Numbered from the stretch's first letter, positions 16,263 to 25,321 are shown. The stretch is DNA of 64,000 bases from an uncultured Acidobacteriota bacterium (GCA_963821585.1 CAWGEI010000005.1:646603-710602), one strand, 5' to 3'. Made by a program: numbers and translations. The notes: generated by a model from the sequence alone, not told the origin.

Positions 16263-17545
16263 CGCTGCGCGAGCAGCCGGTACGCCTTCGTGCGCCGCGC
16301 CAGCGTCGTCACCGTGAGACCCACCAGGCCCGCGGTGATGAACACGAGCGCGATCCCGCGTCCGGTGCCCGTTCCGAACCAGCCGCCGATCAGTTCCACG
16401 CCCCGGCCCGTCGTCATGAAGGGGATGAAGATGAACTGCGCGAGCGGGCCGATGAAGAACGCGGTGAGCGGAGAGGCCGACTGCTCGATGCTGTGGGCGA
16501 AACCGAAGACGCGGCCGAGGCGCTCCGGCGGAACGACCTTCTGAAAGATCGTCTGTTCGACGGCCTCGATGAACGGGAAGAAGAACATCCACAGAAAGAC
16601 CCCCGCGACCAGCAGCGCGATCGACGGCTGAATCGTGAAGAAGACGCACACCGTCCAGATGACGGTGTTGACCCGGAAGAGCATGCGCAGCGGATTCGCG
16701 CCCAGTCCGCGCCGCGAGATGAACAGGCCGCCGAGGATCATGCCCAGGCTGAGGAACCCCCACAGGATGCCCCACACCTGCACCGAGACCATGGAGAGGC
16801 CGTACGCATCCATGAGCGCGAAGAACACTCCGCCCAGGAAGTTGTTGAACGTCGTGAAGAAAATGAGCGCGAACAATCCGGGGATGCTGCGCACCGCCTG
16901 GATCGTTCCGCGGAGATCGACCTTTTTCTTCTGTTCCGTTCCGGCGGCAGGCGCCGGCCGGCCCTCCTCCACGGAAATCAGCGACAGCGCGACGATCGCG
17001 ACAAGGGTCGCCGCGATCGCGATCAGCAGTACGAGCCGCATTCCGCCGAACGCCAGGACCAGACCGCTGGCCACGGAAGTGATGCCGAAGGCGATGCCGA
17101 TGACCGTGCCGAACAGGCCGTTGGCGCGGTCGCGGCGGTCTTCGGGAACGATGAACGCGACCAGCGTGGGGATGGCGATGTTGTAGATGCTTCCCGTGAT
17201 CGTGCCGCCGAGCAGGACCAGGGCGAAGAGCCAGAGACGCGGACTGCCGACCGATGTGAACGCCGACGCCGGTGTCGACTGGAACAGCGCGAGCCCGCCG
17301 ATGAACAGGAGCAGCGTCGCCACCGACGAGCCGAGCATGACGAGCTTTTTCCGGTTGTGGTCCACGATGGAGCCGAACCACACGCCCGATGCCATCGCCA
17401 TCACCAGAAATGCGCCGGCGAGGGTGGACGTGGAGATCACCGAGTGCGTGCTGAGGTAGGCCCAGAACGTGAGCGCGAACCACACGAAGTTGTTGGTGGT
17501 CACGACCAGCAGCGCGACCGCCAGCAGTTTGTAGAAAGTCCTCAT
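16223..17545 (-). CDS. MFS transporter
   Basis: Track ORF 16223..18802 is an over-extension. ATG 17545 gives MRTFYKLLAVALLVVTTNNFVWFALTFWAY... with GSIVDHNRKKLVMLGS and 12 TM-like segments. Confidence 0.75.
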   Translation of the reverse strand: MRTFYKLLAVALLVVTTNNFVWFALTFWAYLSTHSVISTSTLAGAFLVMAMASGVWFGSIVDHNRKKLVMLGSSVATLLLFIGGLALFQSTPASAFTSVGSPRLWLFALVLLGGTITGSIYNIAIPTLVAFIVPEDRRDRANGLFGTVIGIAFGITSVASGLVLAFGGMRLVLLIAIAATLVAIVALSLISVEEGRPAPAAGTEQKKKVDLRGTIQAVRSIPGLFALIFFTTFNNFLGGVFFALMDAYGLSMVSVQVWGILWGFLSLGMILGGLFISRRGLGANPLRMLFRVNTVIWTVCVFFTIQPSIALLVAGVFLWMFFFPFIEAVEQTIFQKVVPPERLGRVFGFAHSIEQSASPLTAFFIGPLAQFIFIPFMTTGRGVELIGGWFGTGTGRGIALVFITAGLVGLTVTTLARRTKAYRLLAQRYAPAVTSNEPAG

Positions 17546-17550
17546 GGCGT

Positions 17551-18024
17551 CTACGGTAGCGTGTACTCGAACTTGTAGGCGTGGTCGCCTCCCTCGATCA
17601 CGATCTCCATCGTTCCCGTCAGCCCCGCGAGCTCGCCGGTTCCGGAGTCGGGCACGACGCGGATGGTCATGCTGAACTCGCCGCCGCGCCGCATCGTCCC
17701 GTTGTGGACGAGCGCGAAGGAGCCTTTCCGCCCGCCGAGGGAGCCGGTGACGCGCTCGATCGCGACGTAGGCGCCCGATCCCTCGACCTCGCCTCCGACG
17801 CTCATCATCTCGCCGTCGCTGGTCGCATCGAGATCGCCACGAAACGTCTTCTTCAGCTTCAGCCGCGGAAAGGCCTCGGCGGTCAGGGGCTCCATCTTCA
17901 CCTCGAACGATCCGTTCGCGCGTTGGGACATCGGTTTTCCTTTCTCTTCCGCGTTCGCGGACGGCAGCGTGACACAGAGCAGCGACAGGAGCAGCAGGCC
18001 TCGCGTTCGGTTCATGGAGCGCAA
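17551..18024 (-). CDS. DUF3224 domain-containing protein (secreted)
   Basis: Signal peptide, then GSFEVKMEPL...KKTFRGDLDATSDGEMM...GSGAYVAIERVTGSLGGRKGSFALVHNGTM...VVPDSGTGELAGLTGTMEI, which matches the DUF3224 consensus. Confidence 0.7.
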   Translation of the reverse strand: MRSMNRTRGLLLLSLLCVTLPSANAEEKGKPMSQRANGSFEVKMEPLTAEAFPRLKLKKTFRGDLDATSDGEMMSVGGEVEGSGAYVAIERVTGSLGGRKGSFALVHNGTMRRGGEFSMTIRVVPDSGTGELAGLTGTMEIVIEGGDHAYKFEYTLP

Positions 18025-18079
18025 TGTTAGGCTCCGGGGACGGACGGGGATTGAAAGAACGCGACATGGTTACGGTGAA

Positions 18080-18886
18080 ATGGTCACGGTAAAGCACGAC
18101 AAGCCGCGGGGGATCCTCAACGTGCGCGCGTCCGAGGGACTGCGGGGGTACTGGCCGTCGGAGGAGGTGGCACCCTTCGTCGAGCACTACTGGATCGTCC
18201 GGTGGGACATCGCCGAGCCCGTGACTGCGGAGACGCTTCCGCATCCCTCGGTCCACATGGTGCTGGAGAGGCAGCGGTCGGAAGTCGTGGGCGTGATGCG
18301 GGGCCGATTCACGAGGACGCTCGAAGGCGCCGGCCGCGTGATCGGAACGAAGTTCCGTCCCGGCGCTTTCCGCGCGTTCGTCGACGCCCCGGTCGCGTCG
18401 CTGAGCGACCGGCGATGGCCGCTGCGCGAGCTGTTCGGCGCGCGCGCCGCGGGGCTCGATGCTGAGGCCCTCGATCATGAGGAGGACGCGGAGTCGGTTG
18501 CCGTCGTCGAGTCGTTCCTGCGTTCGTTCCAACCCGAATTCACCGCGTCGATGGAACTGGCGGGACGGGTCGCCGCGCGCATCGCGGACGATCGCGCCAT
18601 CACGAAGGTCGAGCAGCTCGTCGACGAATTCGCGATCGACACGCGCCAGTTGCAACGGCTCTTCCGCGAATGCGTCGGCGTGACACCGAAGTGGGTCATC
18701 CAGCGCTACCGCCTCATCGAGGCCGCCGAGCGGCTCGCCGCCGGCGCCGCGAACGATCTCGCCGGCCTCGCTCTCGACCTCGGCTACGCCGACCAGGCGC
18801 ATTTCATCCGCGATTTCCGCAAGCTCGTGGGACGTCCGCCGGCGGGCTACGCGCAGTATCTGCGCGCTGTCGGCGCGGAGGCTTAA
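18080..18886 (+). CDS. AraC family transcriptional regulator
   Basis: The N-terminal FVEHYWIVRWD region is typical of AraC N-terminal domains. C-terminal HTH: QLQRLFRECVGVTPKWVIQRYRL ... GYADQAHFIRDFRKLVGRPP. Confidence 0.75.
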   Translation: MVTVKHDKPRGILNVRASEGLRGYWPSEEVAPFVEHYWIVRWDIAEPVTAETLPHPSVHMVLERQRSEVVGVMRGRFTRTLEGAGRVIGTKFRPGAFRAFVDAPVASLSDRRWPLRELFGARAAGLDAEALDHEEDAESVAVVESFLRSFQPEFTASMELAGRVAARIADDRAITKVEQLVDEFAIDTRQLQRLFRECVGVTPKWVIQRYRLIEAAERLAAGAANDLAGLALDLGYADQAHFIRDFRKLVGRPPAGYAQYLRAVGAEA

Positions 18887-18915
18887 CCGCGCTGTTTCGG
18901 CGATACTTGTCGCAC

Positions 18916-19341
18916 ATGGACAGGACAGCCGAGGTGCTGGTGCGGTTGCGCGAGCAGCGGGCGCGGCTCCAGGGGGAGCTCGCCGGCGTGGAGAGCGCGA
19001 TCGCCGCGCTGGAAGAGACGACGAAAAAGCCGGAGCCGGCTCCCGCGCCGCCGCCTCCTGTTTTCGTGATGCCTGCCCCGCCGCCTCCGGGGCCGTACCA
19101 AGGCGTCGAGTTCTTCGAGGCAGTCGCTCACTATCTGAAGGAAGCGGGGGAACCGAAAGGGGCTGGGGACATCGCCAAGGCCCTGCTTGCCGGAGGCTAT
19201 TTCACCCAATCCGGAAACTTCCAGGCGGTCGTCCGCGCGACGATGAGCAGAGCGATGAACGTGTGGCCTTTCGGGATCCGCGGGAAAGGGGACGGCTTGT
19301 ATTGGTGCGAGCCGGAGCCCGATCCGGACGCGAGCTCGTGA
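18916..19341 (+). CDS. small coiled-coil protein with Pro-rich linker and HARE-HTH/winged-helix-like C-terminal domain
   Basis: MDRTAEVLVRLREQRARLQGELAGVESAIAALEE (coiled coil), a PEPAPAPPPP linker, then FFEAVAHYLKEAGEPKGAGDIAKALLAGGYFTQSGNFQAVVRATMSRA...GDGLYW. This fits the HARE-HTH pattern by eye only. Confidence 0.5.
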   Translation: MDRTAEVLVRLREQRARLQGELAGVESAIAALEETTKKPEPAPAPPPPVFVMPAPPPPGPYQGVEFFEAVAHYLKEAGEPKGAGDIAKALLAGGYFTQSGNFQAVVRATMSRAMNVWPFGIRGKGDGLYWCEPEPDPDASS

Positions 19342-19428
19342 CGCGCGAGGGCAGGTGAGCGCTTGCCGGCCGTAACGGAGTGCCTCGATCGGCCGGCTGC
19401 ACGGGAGATGAGCGCGACGACGTGCTTC

Positions 19429-19869
19429 CGGAGCGTGACCAGACGATTTCGGAGCGCAACGACATGCCCCGGAAGCGGACGGCGTGCCCGCGGAGGGCGA
19501 CAGCACCCTCTAGGAGCGTAACAACACGCCCTTTGAGCGTAACAGCGCGCCTTTTGAACGTGATGTTACGCCTGTGGAGCGTAACGTTACGCCCGCGGAG
19601 CGTAGCGTTACGCCTGAAAGGCGTGTTGTTACGCTCGAAGGGCGTGTTGTTACGCTCAAAAGGTGTGGTGTTACGCTCAAAGAGCGTGTTGTTACGCTCC
19701 GGAGGCATGTCGTTGCGCTCGAAAGGTACGGAATCACGCCCGCGGAGCCTGCACACGTGCCCGGGAAACGTGCGGTTACGCCCGCGGGGCACGGACTCGC
19801 GCCCGATTCGCGTGGAGTTGCGCCCGCCGGCGACGGACTCCCGCCCAAATCGCGCGTGCGCGTCCGCCG
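19429..19869. repeat. array of 21 tandem ~21-bp units with GCGTAAC|GTTACGC core, globally an imperfect dyad centred at 19584/19585
   Basis: Unit starts: 19429, 19450, 19471, 19491, 19512, 19533, 19555, 19575, 19596, 19619, 19640, 19661, 19682, 19701, 19723, 19743, 19764, 19785, 19807, 19828, 19849. Left units are GAGCGTAACAACACGCC type and right units are its reverse complement. Five track ORFs in different frames run through it. Confidence 0.9.
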
Positions 19870-19942
19870 CGGCGGAATCGATGCTGTCGTCGTGGCCGTG
19901 AAGTGATGGAAAGATCAGAGGACAGGCACGCCGGTGCGATTT

Positions 19943-20131
19943 CTGTCGCCCGCTACGCGGGCTCATTTTCTTACTCCGCCACGCGTCCCCCGGCTGAAGC
20001 CGGGGTCTATTGTCTGTTGCCGCCTACGGCGGCTCCGTGTGCCCGCGTAGCGGGCTGCAGAAAATAGACCCCGGCTTCAGCCGGGGAACCGGGAGCGCCG
20101 CGCAGAACGAGCCCCGCGTAGCGGGCGACAG
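19943..20131. repeat. A-type element, copy A2
   Basis: Same termini and inner blocks as A1 (CTGTCGCCCGCTACGCGGGCTC ... GAGCCCCGCGTAGCGGGCGACAG). Confidence 0.9.
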
Positions 20132-20138
20132 GCCTCCC

Positions 20139-20155
20139 TTTACACCGAATTTACA
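20139..20155 (+). promoter_or_regulatory. candidate Pho box (TTTACA-N5-TTTACA) upstream of pstS2
   Basis: TTTACACCGAATTTACA lies 45 nt before ATG 20200. The downstream CACACTCCGCGC resembles TACACTCCGCGC upstream of the porin gene. Confidence 0.4.
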
Positions 20156-20199
20156 TCCTCTGCCCCTTCCCACGACACCCAACCCCCACACTCCGCGCC

Positions 20200-21057
20200 A
20201 TGAAGCGTTTCGCCCGAATTGTCTCTACGCTCATCCTCTCTCTCTCGCTCGCCGCCTGCGGCGGCCGCGAGCAGCAGCAGACCCGTTCCAGCAACAAGCC
20301 CCTGACCATCAAAGGCTCGGACACGATGGTCATCCTCGCGCAGCGTCTGGCGGAGGAGTACATGACGAGGCCATCCCGGGCGAGGTCGTGCAGGTGAACG
20401 GGGGGGGCAGCGGTACGGGGATCGCCGCGCTGATCAACGGCAGCATCGATCTGGCGCATGGCCTCGCGTCCGATGAAGGACGACGAGAGGGCGCAGGCGG
20501 CCAAGAGCCGTGGCGCGGAGGTCATGGAGCATGCCGTCGCGCTGGACGGCCTGGCGTTTTCGTCAACGAGAACCAACCCGATGCAGCACCTCACCATCGC
20601 CCAGCTTCGGGACATTTTCCAGGGCAAGACGAAGAACTGGAGCGAGATCGGCGGGTCCGAACGCGCAGATCATGCTCTACGGCCGCGAGAGCTCGTCGGG
20701 CACGTTCGACTACTTCCGCGAGCACGTGCTGGAGAAGGGCGATTTCGCGCCGCAGCGTGCAGACGCTGCAGGGCACGGCGGCGATCATCAACGCCATCGG
20801 CCATGACAAGAACGGCATCGGCTACGGCGGCATCGCCTACGCGAAGGACGTGCGGCCGCTGGCGATCGCCGGCCGAGGGTGCGCAGCCCATCGCGCCGTG
20901 CGAGGCGACGGTCGCCGACGGCACCTATCCGCTGAGCCGCAAGCTGTTCTTCTACTTCCCGCCAACGCGCCCGAGCGCGTGACGAAGTTCGCGCGTGGGC
21001 GCTGACGCCCGAAGCGCAGGCGCTGGTGACGAAGGTCGGCTATTTCCCGCTGACCAA
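20200..21057 (+). pseudogene. pstS: second pstS, disrupted by about 9 frame shifts (or local sequence errors)
   Basis: Pieces collinear with PstS1 are scattered over track ORFs 20200..20397, 20010..21005, 20458..20982, 20510..20806 and 21026... The pieces are KPLTIKGSDTMVILAQRLAEEYM / VQVNGGGSGTGIAALINGSIDLA / ASRPMKDDE... / NAQIMLYGRESSSGTFDYF / VQTLQGTAAIINAIGHDKNGIGYGG / TVADGTYPLSRKLFFY / VTKVGYFPL. There is no in-frame stop before pstC. Confidence 0.8.
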
Positions 21058-22014
21058 CCCGCCGACCACATCGAAGCCGCGCGGCCGGAAGGTCAGAAAC
21101 GCGCTGATGACCGGCGTCTTCTCCGTCGCCGGCTGGGTGGCGATCGTCTTCATTTTTCTGATCTTCCTCTTCACGTTCAAGGAGACGATCCCCATCTGCA
21201 CCGACGCGGAGGTCGAAGCACGTGGCCAACATGCAGAAGTTCTTCCTCGAGGCCCAGGACGGCCCGACGCTGATGGAGCGCTTCGTGTGGCAGCCGACGT
21301 CCGACGTCCCGAAGGCTGTTCTGGTCCCGATCATCCTCGGCACGCTCAAGGCCACGCTGGTGGGGCTGCTGTTCGCCTGTCCGGTCGGCGTGGCGGCGGC
21401 GGTGTTCTCCTCCGAGTTCGCGCCGGCGCGTCTGCGCGAGATCATCAAGCCACTCATCGAGCTGCTGGCCGGCATCCCCTCGGTGGTGATGGGCTTCTTC
21501 GCGCTGATCATCCTGGCGACGTGGCTGCAGAACGCGTTCGGCTTCACCTATCGCCTGAACGCGATCAACGCCGGGCTGGCTCTCGGATTCGCGCTGCTGC
21601 CGATCATCTACACGATCTCCGAGGACGGGCTCTCGGCCGTGCCGCGCTCGTATCGCGAGGCGTCGTATGCCCTGGGCGCGACGAAGTTCCAGACCGCGCG
21701 CACCGTGGTCCTCCCGGCCGCCGCCCCGGCCGTGTTCGCCTCGTTCGTGCTGGCGTTCGGACGGGCCATCGGCGAGACGATGATCCTGCTGATGGCGGGC
21801 GGCAACGCGGCCATCACCTCCTTCTCGCTGCTCGATCCGCTGCGCACGCTCTCCGCCACGATCGCCGCCGAGATGGGCGAGGTGGTGGTGGGCAGCGAGC
21901 ATTATCGGCGCGCTCTTCTTCATGGGCACGCTGCTCTTCGTCATCACCTTCATCAGCAATTCGTTCGGCCAGTGGATCATCCGCGGGATGCAGCGACGGA
22001 TGCAGGGGGCGTAA
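21058..22014 (+). pseudogene. pstC: pstC permease, at least 2 frame shifts; start unclear
   Basis: KPRGRKVRNALMTGVFSVAGWVAIVFIFLIF (ORF 21026), then LVPIILGTLKATLVGLLFACPVGVAAAVF...EASYALGATKFQTARTVVLPAA (ORF 21222), then a third frame for ...FVITFISNSFGQWIIRGMQRRMQGA-stop at 22012-22014. Confidence 0.8.
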
Positions 22015-23037
22015 TGACAACCGATCCCTGCCCCCGCAACGGCATGTCGACCGGCGAACCGCCGCGTCGGCGACAAGATCGCCGTCATCCTTCTCGGGTC
22101 GAGCGTCGTACTGATCGTGCTCATCCTGCTGGTGATCGTCGGCAACATCGTCATCCACGGCGCGGCCGCGGTGACGTGGGAGTTCATCACCCAGCCGCCT
22201 CGCGCAGGGCTGACCGAGGGCGGGATCATGCCGGCCATCGTCGGCACCGCCGCGCTGGTGATCCTCATGTCGATCGTGGCGGTGCCGCTCGGCGTCGCCA
22301 CCGCGATCTACCTGCACGAGTACACGCCGGCCGAGGGACTCGACGCTGGCGTGGAGGCGCTTCCGCGTATCGAAGGGACGCCCCGGACGGCGCAAGCTCT
22401 GTTCTTCCGCGCCCTGTCCGCGTTGCTCGCGTCGGTGACGCGCAGCGCCGTGGCGAATCTGGCCGGCGTGCCGTCGATCGTCTTCGGCCTCTTCGGCCTC
22501 GGCTTCTTCATCCAGTTCATCGGCCGCAACATCGACCGTGTCACGCAGCCGCCGGGCGAGGTGTTGTGGGGACAGGGCTCGCTGCTCTGGGCGGCGTGCA
22601 CGCTGGCGCTGCTGACGCTGCCGACCGTGATCGTCGCGACGGAGGAGGCGCTGCGGACCGTGCCGCATGACCTGCGCGAGGCCTCGCTCGCGCTCGGCGC
22701 GACGCAGTGGGAGACGATCCGCCGGGTCGTGTTGCCGGGCTCGCTCTCCGGCATCATGACCGGCGCGATCCTCGGCATCTCCCGCGGCGCCGGCGAGGTC
22801 GCGCCGATCCTCTTCACCGGCGCCGCGTACTACCTGCCGTTCCTCCCCGGCGACGTCACCGATCAGTTCATGCACCTCGGCTATCACGTGCTGATCCTGT
22901 CGACGCAATCGCCCGACGTCGAGGCCACGAAGCCGCTGCTGTACGGCACGGTGTTCGTGCTGCTCGCGCTGACGTTCCTGCTCAATCTGACGGGCGTGAT
23001 CATCCGCGCGCGCACGCGTTCGAGACTGCAGCGATGA
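22014..23037 (+). pseudogene. pstA: pstA permease, one frame shift near the 5' end
   Basis: ATG 22014 overlaps the pstC stop (TAATG) but is in a different frame from the long ORF 22117..23037 (…REASLALGATQWETIRRVVLPG…). The shift lies near 22065-22075. Confidence 0.8.
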
Positions 23038-23877
23038 CGACGATGGAATGTCACAGCGACTCCTGCAACCGAGACGTGACCCCGCCGTCCGCCCCGCCGC
23101 GATCACCGCACCGCCGTCGACGGTGAAGATCGAAGTCCGCGACTTCAACTTCTATCTACGGCGAGAGCAAGGTGCTGCACGGAATCACCCTCGACATCCC
23201 GGAGAACCAGGTCACCGCGCTGATCGGCCCGTCGGGTTGCGGCAAGTCGACGTTCCTCCGCTCCATCAACCGGATGAACGACATCATCCCGGGCGCGCGC
23301 GGCGAGGGCCGGATCGCCATCGGCGGGCAGGACGTCTACGCGCCCGGCGTCGACGTCGTGCGCGCTGCGCCGCCGCGTGGGGATGGTCTTCCAGAAGCTC
23401 CAACCCGTTCCCGAAGTCGATCTACGAGAACGTCGCCTACGGACTGCGCATCGGCGGCGACGAAGGACCGGCGCGTCCTCGACGAGACCGTCGAGCGCTC
23501 GCTGCAGCCGCGCGGCGTTGTGGGACGAGGTGAAGGACCGCCTCAACGCCAGCGCGCTCGCGCTCTCCGGCGGCCAGCAGCAGCGCCTCTGCATCGCGCG
23601 CGCACTGGCGGTCGACCCCGACGTCCTGCTGATGGACGAGCCGGCGTCGGCGCTCGACCCGATCGCCACGCAGAAGATCGAGGAGCTGGTCTACGAGCTC
23701 AAGGACAACTACACGATCGTGATCGTCACCCACAACATGCAGCAGGCCGCGCGCGTCTCCGACCGCACCGCCTTCTTCATGCTCGGCAAGCTCGTGGAGT
23801 ACGACGAAACGCGTACGATCTTCATGAATCCGAAGCAGAAGCTGACCGAGGATTACATTACGGGAAGGTTTGGCTGA
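23034..23877 (+). pseudogene. pstB: pstB ATPase, at least 5-6 frame shifts
   Basis: Segments follow ORF 23048 -> 23172 -> 23377 -> 23048 -> 23172 -> 23377, which is five successive +1 shifts. The segments are [10 protein letters not shown] / [30 protein letters not shown] / VGMVFQK / [15 protein letters not shown] / [12 protein letters not shown] / ALWDEVKD...[16 protein letters not shown]... Confidence 0.85.
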
Positions 23878-23881
23878 ACAA

Positions 23882-23964
23882 GTCCTGAGTGCTGAGTCCT
23901 GAGTGCTGAGTCCCGCCCACCCGGGGACTCTTACTCAGGACTCAGGACTCAGGACTCAGGACTA
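23882..23964. repeat. heptamer-armed hairpin E5 (TCCTGAG/TGCTGAG family)
   Basis: AGTCCTGAGTGCTGAGTCCTGAGTGCTGAGTCCC - GCCCACCC - GGGGACTCTTACTCAGGACTCAGGACTCAGGACTCAGGACT. Lies between the pstB stop and the phoU start. Confidence 0.85.
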
Positions 23965-23969
23965 ATTGA

Positions 23970-24639
23970 ATGCGCCATTTCGACAGAGAAATCGAACACC
24001 TCAAAGAGCTCCTGCTGCGCATGGGAGCGATGGTCGAGGACTCAGATCAACGAGTCCATCCGGGCGCTGCTCGAGCGCGACACGGCGGTGGCGCAGCGCG
24101 TCATCGACGGCGACACGGCCATCGACCAGATGGAGCTGGAGATCGACCAGCACACCATCGAGCTCATCGCCATGATGCAGCCGGCCGCGGTCGACCTGCG
24201 CTTCGTGGCCGCGGCCATGAAGATCACGCCGGAGCTGGAGCGCGATCGCCGACCTGGCCGTCGACGTCTGCGAGCGCGCCATCGAGCTCAATCGCGAGCC
24301 GCCGCTCAAGCCGCTGCATCGACATCCCGCGCCTCGCGCGCATCTCGCAGGACATGGTGCGGCCAGGCGCTCGACGCCTTCGTCCGCCGCGATGCCGTGC
24401 TGGCGCGCGAAGTCATCGCCCGCGACGACGAGGCCGACCTGCTCACCGAGCAGTCGTTCCGCGAGCTGCTGACGTACATGCTCGAAGACTCGCGCAACAT
24501 CTCCCGCGCCATCCGCCTCACGTTCATCGGCAAGTACTTCGAGCGGATGGCCGACGGCGCCACCAACATCTGTGAGATGGTCGTCTACCTCGCCGAAGGA
24601 AAAGTGATCAAGCACAGCGGTGATCGAGTACAACCATGA
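23970..24639 (+). pseudogene. phoU: phoU, four +1 frame shifts
   Basis: MRHFDREIEHLKELLLRMGAMVED (ORF 23970), then INESIRALLERDTAVAQRVIDGDTAIDQMELEIDQ (ORF 24088), then IADLAVDVCERAIELNREPP (third frame), then IDIPRLARISQDMV (ORF 23970), then QALDAFVRRD...FIGKYFERMADGATNICE (ORF 24088). Confidence 0.85.
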
Positions 24640-25321
24640 GCCGGCCTGAGCTACGTGTCGCGGTGATCGAGGACGACGCGGACATCGCGTTCACGATCCG
24701 CGTCAACCTGGAGCGCGAAGGCTACGCCGTCCGCGTCGTACCAGAACGGCCACGAGGGCCTGCTCGCCGTGCAGCAGGGCGGCTTCGACTTCCTGATCCT
24801 CGATCTGAATCTTCCCGACCTCGACGGCTTCACCATCTGCCGCGAGCTGCGCCGCCATCCCGCGACGTCCAAGCTGCCGATCCTCATGCTCACCGCGCGG
24901 ACGTCCGAGGCGGACCGGATCATGGGACTGGAGCTCGGGGCGGACGACTACCTGGTGAAACCGTTCAGCGTCCGCGAGCTCCTGGCGCGCGTCGCCGCGA
25001 TCCTCCGCCGCGCCAAAGGCACCGAGGCCGACCCCGCCGTCTACGACGACGGCCACCTCCGCATCGACGGCCGCACGCATGCGCGTGTACGTCGAAGGCG
25101 AGGAAGTGAAGCTGGCCAAGAAAGAGCTGGAGCTGTTGTGGATGCTCGTCCGCAACCGCCCCGCGGTCGTCTCGCGCGACCGCATCCTGTCCGAGGTGTG
25201 GCAGGTGGCGGAGGACGTGGAGACCCGGACCGTCGACGCGCACATCCGCAACCTGCGCAAGAAGATCGGCAAGGATCGGATCCAGACGGTGATCGGCTAT
25301 GGTTACCGGTTCGAAGAGTAG
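24636..25321 (+). pseudogene. phoB: phoB-type OmpR-family response regulator, two +1 frame shifts
   Basis: [26 protein letters not shown] (ORF 24636), then [23 protein letters not shown]...LMLTARTSE...[10 protein letters not shown] (ORF 24769), then [14 protein letters not shown]...[15 protein letters not shown]...GYGYRFEE (ORF 25079). Confidence 0.85.

Noticed and set aside
16223-18802. A single 859-aa ORF spanning 16223..18802 (-).
   Set aside because: Only the C-terminal 441 aa (from ATG 17545) are MFS-like. The upstream part is antisense to the AraC gene and out of frame over the DUF3224 gene. It is an over-extended ORF.
19429-19869. Possible CRISPR array.
   Set aside because: The units are contiguous with no unique spacers. 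The repeat length (~21 bp) and the global mirror symmetry do not fit CRISPR. There are no cas genes in the window.
19202-19966. A 254-aa minus-strand ORF with an apparent 7-aa repeat (ERNNTPF...). Plus-strand ORFs 19380..19901 and 19574..19906 also show heptad repeats through the 21-bp array.
   Set aside because: Several frames on both strands are open simultaneously. The minus ORF starts inside repeat A2 and overlaps the wHTH gene antisense. A/T-ending codons are common in every frame. The repeat is better explained at the DNA level (palindromic core, dyad symmetry).
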